From NCBI GenBank assembly GCA_965224465.1, contig OZ245049.1, positions 4,950,001-4,982,000 on the forward strand: a DNA stretch of 32,000 nucleotides, written 5' to 3'. Each line of letters opens with the position of its first letter. The first letter of the stretch is position 1. This stretch comes from Flavobacteriaceae bacterium (GTDB taxonomy: Bacteria > Bacteroidota > Bacteroidia > Flavobacteriales > Flavobacteriaceae). The position numbers and the translations under genes are program-made. The notes beneath the pieces are model-generated. The model had not been told where the DNA came from, did no database searches, and worked only from the letters and a program-made list of their open reading frames with translations. Positions 19,825-27,455 of this stretch are shown piece by piece.

Positions 19825-21003
19825 ATGAACAAACAATTGTATTTTGTATGTGTGTGGCTATTTTCAGTAGTAGCATTAGTTGCTCAAGAGCCAGAAACAC
19901 ATGTAGTATTTAAAAATCAACCTATAAATTTTAATGGAGATAAAGGAAGTGATCAAGGCGTAGTACGTTTACAATCAGGTAGACTTATTTATAAAAAAGT
20001 GACCATGCCTACTTTTAGAAAAGGTACCGATGTATGGGTAAATTTGACGCTGCGTTCCAATGGGGATCGATGGGATAAGTCTGGATCTTGTTTTGTAATT
20101 ACAGACCCAGATCAAATTTCAATTCTAAAGGTTTCGGAAGGGAATGCTACGTTTCCTAAAGCGGCGATTGTAGATACTAAATTTAATGGGGTTTTAGCAA
20201 CAGACACCTACACTCCAGCCTTGGAAATTATGCGTTTTATGACGCCTTTTGGTGTGGGACATTACAGTAGCGATAAAGGAAAACATCGCAAGCCAGTATA
20301 CATACCTGTTTGGGAAAAAGAAGTGAAATGGACACATGATATTTCTGATTTGGTACGTGTGGTAAGTGGTGAATTCTATGTGGGAGTTTGGATCGATTCA
20401 TGGACTCCAGAAGGCTATGCTGTAGATTTGAGTTTTACCTATTCAAACCGCCCTAAAAAGAACCTAAAAGTAATGCCATTACTAAATAATGTTCCCTATG
20501 TAAACGGACAAGGGATTCCCGACTTTTTTGCACGTACCGATGTAGATTACAGTTTTGAATTGCCTAAAAATGCCAAGAATGTAACACTAAATTACATCAC
20601 TACAGGACATGGAGGTCATGAAGGTGGAGATGAGTTTATCAAAATTAAAAACAGTGTTTATTTTGACCAGAAATTAGTTATTGATACCATTCCTTGGCGA
20701 GATGATTGTGCGTCTTTTAGACGATTTAATCCTACCTCTGGCGTGTGGCTGCAAAAAGATACGGCTTCTTATATTGATATGAAAGCCATGAAGTATATGA
20801 AGAAAGAAATTGAAGAACGCATTGCGTCTTCTGACCTTTCTAGATCAAACTGGTGCCCAGGATCTTCTGTAAAACCAATAGTAGCCAAGCTTGGGTATTT
20901 AAAGAAAGGAACACATCAGTTGAAAATTAGTATTCCTGCTACAGAAGCTGTGGCTGATAAGTTAAATCATTGGTTGGTGTCGGCGTATTTAACCTACGAA
21001 TAG
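19825..21003 (+). CDS. PNGase F-like peptide-N4-(N-acetyl-beta-glucosaminyl)asparagine amidase
   Basis: Sec signal peptide. By eye it aligns to Elizabethkingia PNGase F at GDRWDKSGSCFV (vs CDEWDRYANVYV, catalytic Asp region), TTGHGGHEGGDEF (vs GWGH..GCAEW, catalytic Glu region) and NWCPGSSVKP (vs GWCPGMAVP). Otherwise strongly divergent, with a longer N-terminal part. Confidence 0.72.
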   Translation: MNKQLYFVCVWLFSVVALVAQEPETHVVFKNQPINFNGDKGSDQGVVRLQSGRLIYKKVTMPTFRKGTDVWVNLTLRSNGDRWDKSGSCFVITDPDQISILKVSEGNATFPKAAIVDTKFNGVLATDTYTPALEIMRFMTPFGVGHYSSDKGKHRKPVYIPVWEKEVKWTHDISDLVRVVSGEFYVGVWIDSWTPEGYAVDLSFTYSNRPKKNLKVMPLLNNVPYVNGQGIPDFFARTDVDYSFELPKNAKNVTLNYITTGHGGHEGGDEFIKIKNSVYFDQKLVIDTIPWRDDCASFRRFNPTSGVWLQKDTASYIDMKAMKYMKKEIEERIASSDLSRSNWCPGSSVKPIVAKLGYLKKGTHQLKISIPATEAVADKLNHWLVSAYLTYE

Positions 21004-21034
21004 CGGGGGAAAGCGACAGAGAATAAAATAGATT

Positions 21035-21072
21035 AAAGACAGTTTTTCCAGTTTGGAGGACTGTCTTTTTTT
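21035..21072 (+). terminator. Rho-independent terminator closing the 13-gene array
   Basis: Stem AAAGACAGT (21035..21043) pairs with ACTGTCTTT (21060..21068). There is an inner TCCA/TGGA stem and a GTT loop. A run of T follows through 21072, 32 nt after the PNGase F-like stop codon. Confidence 0.7.
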
Positions 21073-21223
21073 ATGTAAAAAAATAAAGATGTTTCCATTC
21101 GTACTCGTTCTAAGCGCATTGGACGAAATAGTGCTGTTTTATCTTCTAGTTTTAGTTAATTTTAAAGGTGCTTCGCAAACGTTATCGTTGCGGGTGAATC
21201 CATTATACCAAGTACATTTCTAG

Positions 21224-21362
21224 GTGACGGTTTAGAGATGTAATTATTTTTTGTTTTAGTTAGGTAAAAAATGGATGGATTGCCATTGCTATCGTTCTGT
21301 TTTTTAACAATGCTAGAACGTAAAATAAACTATTTATATCAGTCATTTTGGATTGTAATAGG
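21224..21362. repeat. Conserved intergenic element, copy A (full length), ending 32 nt before the GH3 start codon
   Basis: The 5' block GTGACGGTTTAGAGATGTAATTAT matches copy C at 22/24 positions. The 3' core GCTAGAACGTAAAATAAACTATTTATATC (21312..21340) is identical to copy C over 29 nt, and is followed by a TTTTGGATTGTAATAG tail. Confidence 0.8.
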
Positions 21363-21393
21363 TATTCATATAGAATCTTAAAATTTAATTTAA

Positions 21394-24048
21394 ATGAGTT
21401 TACGGAATTGTTTTTATAGTGTTTTATTCCTTTTTTTTAGTCTTAATCTGCAGAGTCAAGAAATCAGTAGCTATCCTTATCAAAATGCAAAGCTATCTAT
21501 TGATGAACGCGTAGACGATTTATTAAGCCGCATGTCTTTGGAGGAAAAAGTCCGCCAAATGGACATGTACAAAGGATGGGGATTTAAGGATGGTGAATCA
21601 TTTTCTGCCTCAAAAACAGTCAAACAAACAGGAAGTTTGGGGATAGGTGCGATTCATGATTTATACCCAAGATCCGCTAAAATGATCAACGATTTACAAA
21701 GCGAAGTTATTAAAAGTAACCGTTGGGGGATTCCTGCATTAATTATGTGCGAAATGCTACATGGATATTTAGATGAAGGTAGTACAGCTTTCCCTATGAA
21801 TATTGGTCTTGGAGCTACTTGGGATGTGGATATTATGAAAAAAGTAGGCGCTGTAATTGGTGCAGAGGCTAGGGCTCATGGAGTTCATTATGGTTTAGGG
21901 CCTGTGTTGGGAATAGGTAGAGAACCTCGTTGGGGCAGGGTTGCTGAAACCTTTGGTGAAGACACGTATTTGGCAAGTGAAATAGGCTTGGCAATGATAC
22001 TTGGAATGCAAGGCGATACGCTGGCTTCTAATCACTCTATTATTGCAGAACCAAAACATTTTGCTGTTCATAGTGCTCCGCAAGCGGGAGGGAATTCCTC
22101 TCCTGTAATTGTAGGAGAACGGACTGCGCGTCAAGATTTTTTGCCAGTGTTTCAAAAAGCATATATGAAAGGAGGTGCTTTGGGTGCGATGTGTGCCTAT
22201 TCAGAGTTAGATGGCGTGCCATGTGCGTCCAATAAGTGGTTGTTGACCGATGTATTGCGTAAAGAATGGGGGTTTAAGGGAATTGTAGTGTCTGATTTAG
22301 GAGCGATTAAATACATTCAAACGACACATTACACGGCGGATTCACCCAAGGAAAGCATCAAGCAATCCGTAAGTGCTGGTGTAGATATGCAGTTTTATGA
22401 CTTTACCAATCAGTTTTGGCAACAGACAATTATTGATTTGGTTAGAGATAAAGAAATGGATGTAAAATATGTAAATCGTGCGGCTGGTGGGGTATTGAGA
22501 TTAAAGTTCTTAGTAGGTTTATTCGAAAATCCTTATACAGAAAAAGGCTTGATTGCAACACGTTTTCATTCAATAGAAAATCAACAAGTGGCTTTAGAGG
22601 CGGCTCAGAAATCTATCATTTTACTTAAAAATGAAGCAGAGATACTTCCTTTGTCAAAAAATATAAAAACCATTGCTGTGATTGGACCTAATGCCAATGC
22701 ATCAAGATTAGGAGGGTATTCGGTTAAAAATAAAGTTGCGATTACGGTATTGGAAGGGATTCGAAAAATTGTTGGAAAAAGAACAACGGTACTCTATGAA
22801 GAAGGAGTACCTCTAGTTGTAAAAGGACAAATTATCGGTTCAGAAAATTTACGAACTCCAGATAGATTAGAACACGGATTGAAAGGGGAATATTTTAACA
22901 ATCGTAATTTGGAGGGAACTCCTGCATTGACACGAATAGACAAACAATTGAATTTTGATTGGCCATGGTCGCCAGGTATTGGCGTAAATGATGATGAATT
23001 TTCTATACGATGGACAGGGTTTTTAAATGCTAAAACCTCTTTTAAAGGCTGGCTAGGTCTAAGCTCAGATGATGGTATTAGAATGTGGATTGATGATGTG
23101 TTAGTAATCGATAATTGGAAAAAAGGCGGGACTAATATTGTGACGTATCCAATGGAAGTTAAGGCGAAAAAAAACTATAAAGTCCGCATCGAAATGTGGG
23201 AAGGAGGTTGGGGAGCGCGTGCACATTTTAGATGGAATTTGGAAAAAGTTAATTTTCAGCCAGCTATTGCTATTGCGAAAAAAGCAGACGTTGCTATTGT
23301 TGTACTTGGAGAATCTAGGGAATTGGTAGAGGAAAATAGAGATGTTGCCACTTTAAAATTACACGGAAAGCAAGAAGATTTAATCAAAGCGATTCAGAAA
23401 ACAGGAACTCCTGTTATATGTGTGTTATTAAATGGTCGTCCTTTAGCTATCAATTGGGTTCAGAACAATGTGCCTGCAATTATAGAGGCATGGTTTCCTG
23501 GTGAAAAAGGAGGGGATGCTGTTGCGGATGTTTTATTTGGGAATTATAACCCAGCGGGGAGATTGCCCATCACAGTTCCTAAATCTGTAGGACAGTTGCC
23601 TATTTATTACAATCAAAAACCTACGGCTATTCATCGTTATGTAGCCGAAAGTGAATTGCCTTTGTATCCTTTTGGATTTGGATTGAGTTATACGTCATTT
23701 CGCTATGGTGCTGTTAAAATGAGCTCAAAAATCATTAAAATAAATGAGTCTTTAAAAATTACAGTGGACGTTACCAATACAGGCGATGTTGATGGTGATG
23801 AGGTGGTGCAGTTGTATATTAATGATGTGTACAGCAGTGTTACAAGTCCTAGAATTTCCTTAAAAGATTTTAAAAGAGTACATATTAAAAAAGGAGAAAC
23901 AAAAACAGTAGTATTTGAGTTGACACCAGAAAAACTAGCCATTTGGAACTTAAAAATGAATAATGTAGTGGAGCCAGGAGACTTTGAAGTGATGGTAGGC
24001 CCTAATTCAGTAGACGTTTCAACCTCGGTATTTAAAGTGATAAAATAA
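21394..24048 (+). CDS. GH3 beta-glycosidase (BglX-like) with inserted PA14 domain
   Basis: Sec signal peptide. GH3 motifs: PRWGRVAETFGED, KHFAVHS, GFKGIVVSDLGA (nucleophile Asp). PA14 insertion: GLKGEYFNNRNLEG ... FSIRWTGFL ... DDGIRMWIDD. C-terminal Fn3-like domain. Confidence 0.9.
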   Translation: MSLRNCFYSVLFLFFSLNLQSQEISSYPYQNAKLSIDERVDDLLSRMSLEEKVRQMDMYKGWGFKDGESFSASKTVKQTGSLGIGAIHDLYPRSAKMINDLQSEVIKSNRWGIPALIMCEMLHGYLDEGSTAFPMNIGLGATWDVDIMKKVGAVIGAEARAHGVHYGLGPVLGIGREPRWGRVAETFGEDTYLASEIGLAMILGMQGDTLASNHSIIAEPKHFAVHSAPQAGGNSSPVIVGERTARQDFLPVFQKAYMKGGALGAMCAYSELDGVPCASNKWLLTDVLRKEWGFKGIVVSDLGAIKYIQTTHYTADSPKESIKQSVSAGVDMQFYDFTNQFWQQTIIDLVRDKEMDVKYVNRAAGGVLRLKFLVGLFENPYTEKGLIATRFHSIENQQVALEAAQKSIILLKNEAEILPLSKNIKTIAVIGPNANASRLGGYSVKNKVAITVLEGIRKIVGKRTTVLYEEGVPLVVKGQIIGSENLRTPDRLEHGLKGEYFNNRNLEGTPALTRIDKQLNFDWPWSPGIGVNDDEFSIRWTGFLNAKTSFKGWLGLSSDDGIRMWIDDVLVIDNWKKGGTNIVTYPMEVKAKKNYKVRIEMWEGGWGARAHFRWNLEKVNFQPAIAIAKKADVAIVVLGESRELVEENRDVATLKLHGKQEDLIKAIQKTGTPVICVLLNGRPLAINWVQNNVPAIIEAWFPGEKGGDAVADVLFGNYNPAGRLPITVPKSVGQLPIYYNQKPTAIHRYVAESELPLYPFGFGLSYTSFRYGAVKMSSKIIKINESLKITVDVTNTGDVDGDEVVQLYINDVYSSVTSPRISLKDFKRVHIKKGETKTVVFELTPEKLAIWNLKMNNVVEPGDFEVMVGPNSVDVSTSVFKVIK

Positions 24049-24072
24049 ACCATAACCTATAAAACAAGTACT

Positions 24073-26304
24073 ATGTATTTTAATAAAGGATTGCGAAGTG
24101 TATTCTTTTTACTATTGATTAGTGTGATGTCTTGTACATCAGATAACACATTAAAACTAGTTGAAAACGGAAGGTCTAATTACGAAATTGTTGTGCTCAG
24201 TACAGCTTCAAAGAGTATTCAGAATTCTGCAGAAGTATTGCAAAATTATATGTATAAAATTACAGCCGTAAAGATCCCCATTTGTAATGTACCAAGTAAA
24301 ACCAAAGGGAGTATTTCTGTTGGACTAGGAAATCTTAAAAAAGATGAAATACAGTTCTTAACTGCTCAGGGGAATCTAATGATTAAAGGAGGTTCAGATG
24401 CGGCGGTTTCTAATGCTGTCTACGAGTTTTTAGAACGTTATTTAGCATGTAAATTTTATGCGCCTGATGCCGAAGTAGTTCCTCTGTCAAAAACAATTAC
24501 TATTGCTAAAAACATAAACTACACATACAGTCCTAAAATTACGACACGAACGGTGCATTCACGCTTGTTTTATGAAAATCATGAGTTTGCAGCAAAGCTA
24601 AAAGTAACTACAGAGGGGTTTCCTTTTTATGTTCCTAAAACAGGAGTACATACCTTTCAACGTTTTTTGCCAGAAGAAACCTATTACGCAAGCCATCCAG
24701 AATATTTTGCATTGAGAGAAGGGAAACGCTATCCAACGCAATTGTGTTTGACAAACCCTGCTGTAGTCGTAATTGTTAAAAATGCCGTACATAAATTGTT
24801 TGAAGAGTATCCAGAAGCATCTGTGATTTCCGTGAGTCAAAATGATAATCAACAGTTTTGTACTTGTGATGCCTGTTCAGCAATTAATAAGGAAGAAGAA
24901 AGTGAGGCAGGATCCTTGATTTATTTTGTCAATAAAATAGCCGCTGAATTTCCAAACAAAACAATTTCTACTCTGGCCTATCAATACACGAGAAAAGCAC
25001 CGAAAGTGAAACCTCTAAAAAATGTATTGATTACGTTGTGTTCTATAGAATGTGATAGAAGTGGCCCTATTTCTGAGAAATGCACCGATTTTGCCGATGA
25101 TATTAGAGCATGGAACAGGATAACCAATACTATTAGAATTTGGGATTATACCACGCAGTTTACCAATTTTTTAGCGCCATTCCCTAACATGCATACCTTA
25201 AAACCAAACATTGAGTTTTTTAGCGCCAATAATGCCAAATGGATATTTGAGCAACACAGTAATAATCCAAGTGAATTGTTTGAATTACGTTCTTATATTA
25301 CCGCTAAATTATTATGGGATCCTAGTTTAAATTACAATGATTTGTTGACGGAGTTTACAAACGGTTATTATGGAGATGCGGGTGTGTATGTAAAAAAATA
25401 TGTAGATTTAATAAGTCTAAAGATTCAAGAAACTCCTGAGTTTTTCTTGTTTTTATACGGGGATCCTTCTCAAGGATTTGAATCGTTTTTAAGCCCGAAA
25501 TTACTGTCAATATATGATGGTTTTTTTAAGAAAGCTATGGAAGCTGTTAAAAATGATGCTGTCTTGGTGAAGCGAATAAAAGAAGCGAGAATAGGTGTTG
25601 ATTATGCTATTTTAGAAGCTTCTAAAAAAGGATTGACGCAACACTTGAGTTTGGTAATACCTGGGGATGGTGTAAAAAAAGTAATCAACCCAAAAGTGGT
25701 GGCTAGGTTGGAATCTTTTGTCGCAACGTGTAAAGCGGCAAACATTACAGTAATGAATGAAATGGGTTTTACTGTGCAAGAATATTACAACAATTATAAG
25801 ATGGCTTTAGATGTGGCGGTACTCCCAAACATAGCTAAAGGAAAAACGGTGACCTTGCTTACAAAACCTAAGAAATATGCCAAAGAAGATCCACAAGTAT
25901 TGACCGATGGTGCCTTGGGAGGGAATAGTTTTTATGCCAATTGGTTAGGGTTTGAAGGGAATAACTTAGAGGTAGTGATTGATTTGGGAGCATTAACTGA
26001 AATATCAACCATATCTACGGCATTTTTACAAGTGACCAATCACGTGGTGTTTTTTCCAGAGAATGTAACCTATTTTGCTTCGAATGATGCTAATGTGTTT
26101 CGTAAATTGGCATTCCTTGAGAATGATGTTCCATTGGTGAAAAAGAGTAAAATAAATGATATTAAATATTTTAACGCAACATTTCCAAAAACAACTGCTC
26201 GGTACATTAAAGTGCTAGGGAAAAACATAAAGAAAGCTCCTTATTGGCATCATGCAGCAGGGTTGCCAGCTTGGATTTTTGCAGATGAGGTGATTGTAAA
26301 TTAA
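24073..26304 (+). CDS. DUF4838-type putative glycoside hydrolase with C-terminal F5/8 type C (discoidin) domain
   Basis: Lipoprotein signal LLLISVMSC. The N-terminal region resembles GH20b/GH67N-like zincin-fold modules. Central region carries Cys cluster FCTCDAC (nt 24859..24876). The C-terminus is discoidin-like and ends WIFADEVIVN, like the two GH20s. The family assignment is from memory of DUF4838 architecture. Confidence 0.6.
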   Translation: MYFNKGLRSVFFLLLISVMSCTSDNTLKLVENGRSNYEIVVLSTASKSIQNSAEVLQNYMYKITAVKIPICNVPSKTKGSISVGLGNLKKDEIQFLTAQGNLMIKGGSDAAVSNAVYEFLERYLACKFYAPDAEVVPLSKTITIAKNINYTYSPKITTRTVHSRLFYENHEFAAKLKVTTEGFPFYVPKTGVHTFQRFLPEETYYASHPEYFALREGKRYPTQLCLTNPAVVVIVKNAVHKLFEEYPEASVISVSQNDNQQFCTCDACSAINKEEESEAGSLIYFVNKIAAEFPNKTISTLAYQYTRKAPKVKPLKNVLITLCSIECDRSGPISEKCTDFADDIRAWNRITNTIRIWDYTTQFTNFLAPFPNMHTLKPNIEFFSANNAKWIFEQHSNNPSELFELRSYITAKLLWDPSLNYNDLLTEFTNGYYGDAGVYVKKYVDLISLKIQETPEFFLFLYGDPSQGFESFLSPKLLSIYDGFFKKAMEAVKNDAVLVKRIKEARIGVDYAILEASKKGLTQHLSLVIPGDGVKKVINPKVVARLESFVATCKAANITVMNEMGFTVQEYYNNYKMALDVAVLPNIAKGKTVTLLTKPKKYAKEDPQVLTDGALGGNSFYANWLGFEGNNLEVVIDLGALTEISTISTAFLQVTNHVVFFPENVTYFASNDANVFRKLAFLENDVPLVKKSKINDIKYFNATFPKTTARYIKVLGKNIKKAPYWHHAAGLPAWIFADEVIVN

Positions 26305-26319
26305 GCGTTAATTTTAAAG

Positions 26320-27192
26320 ATGAATCAAAAAATAATGAAAAAATATATTTCTATTACGATCTTAATCATAGGTTTTTTTCAATTTTCAATGGCACAAAAT
26401 TATGAGTTAATGACTTATAATATTCGTTATAGTAACAGCCATGATGGAGAAAACAAATGGGAAAAACGAAAAGAGTATCTCTGCAATCAAATTTCTTATT
26501 ACAATCCTGATGTTTTTTGTATTCAAGAAGGCTTGCATTCTCAAGTAATCTATTTAGAAAACTATTTTAGTGAGTATAAATATGTAGGAGTTGGACGAGA
26601 TGATGGAAAAACAAAAGGGGAGTACTGTGCCATTTTTTACAATGCTACTGTTTTTGAAGTACTTGAAAGTGATACCTTTTGGCTATCTAAAACTCCAGAA
26701 AAAATATCGGTGGGTTGGGATGCAGCATTGGAACGTATTTGTACCTATGCCTTGTTAAAAGACAAAAAAACGGGGCTTAAATTTTATGTGTTCAATACCC
26801 ATTTTGACCATATAGGAACTAAAGCACGTATTAAAAGTGCCAAGCTAATCGCTAAAAAAATTGAAGGTATAAATAAAGAGCATGTTCCTTTTTTTATAAT
26901 GGGTGATTTTAATTTGTTGCCAGAAAGTAAACCGATTCATTATTTATCCACACAATTTAATGATGCTAAGTTTACAAGCATTCACAAGCCTTTTGGTCCC
27001 GAAGGAACTTTTAATGCCTTTCAATTTGAAAAACCAGTTATGGATCGGATTGACTATATATTTACTTCCAAAGGCAATGTAATTGTACATAAATTTGCAA
27101 TAATTAGCGATTCAAAAAATTGCAAATATCCTTCTGATCATTTGCCTGTTATGATTCATACCTCCTTTTATACCAAATACATTTCGAAGTAA
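26320..27192 (+). CDS. Secreted endonuclease/exonuclease/phosphatase (EEP) family phosphoesterase
   Basis: Signal peptide (the start could instead be the ATG at 26335). EEP motifs: LMTYNIRY near the N-terminus, CIQEG, FNTHFDH, MGDFN and C-terminal SDHLPV. Confidence 0.85.
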   Translation: MNQKIMKKYISITILIIGFFQFSMAQNYELMTYNIRYSNSHDGENKWEKRKEYLCNQISYYNPDVFCIQEGLHSQVIYLENYFSEYKYVGVGRDDGKTKGEYCAIFYNATVFEVLESDTFWLSKTPEKISVGWDAALERICTYALLKDKKTGLKFYVFNTHFDHIGTKARIKSAKLIAKKIEGINKEHVPFFIMGDFNLLPESKPIHYLSTQFNDAKFTSIHKPFGPEGTFNAFQFEKPVMDRIDYIFTSKGNVIVHKFAIISDSKNCKYPSDHLPVMIHTSFYTKYISK

Positions 27193-27280
27193 CAGTTTAG
27201 AAACGGAATTATTTTCTGATTCTAAACAACGCTAGAACCTAAAACAAACTATTTATATCTGTTATTTGGGATTGTAATAG
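27193..27280. repeat. Conserved intergenic element, copy B (internally deleted), starting immediately after the EEP stop codon
   Basis: CAGTTTAGAAACGGAATTAT matches copy C at 18/20 positions. The core GCTAGAACCTAAAACAAACTATTTATATC (27231..27259) has 2 mismatches to copies A and C. About 45-50 nt of the middle section is missing. It contains the inverted repeat GTTTAGA (27195..27201) / TCTAAAC (27221..27227). Confidence 0.75.
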
Positions 27281-27455
27281 ATATGAGTAGTGTGTTTTTT
27301 CCATAATAGCAATTACGATTTACCTATAGTCATGCTGCTTGTTTTTCTTGATTTAAAAATAAACGAAATAATAAAGGTTTTTATTACGCTTATTAATCTA
27401 AAAGCTGTAGCTTTGAAAGGACTTAAGACAATAATTAAACAGAGATAATTAATTT

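Noticed and set aside
21089-21223. 44-aa hydrophobic ORF (MFPFVLVLSALDEIVLFYLLVLVNFKGASQTLSLRVNPLYQVHF) between the terminator and element copy A
   Set aside because: It is too short, has no obvious ribosome-binding context, and has no counterpart upstream of copies B or C. It may be chance or a gene remnant. It would only be worth revisiting if ribosome profiling or conservation supports it.
21271-21381. Mini-ORFs spanning the conserved element. On the + strand, copy A reads MDGLPLLSFCFLTMLERKINYLYQSFWIVIGIHIES. On the - strand, ..SKMTDINSLFYVLALLK.. shows several apparently synonymous differences between copies A and C.
   Set aside because: The + frame has no start codon in copies B and C, where a stop lies just upstream. 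The - frame has ATA instead of ATG in C and an in-frame TAG in B. The internal deletion in B is also tolerated. A conserved peptide is therefore unlikely, and the element is treated as non-coding.
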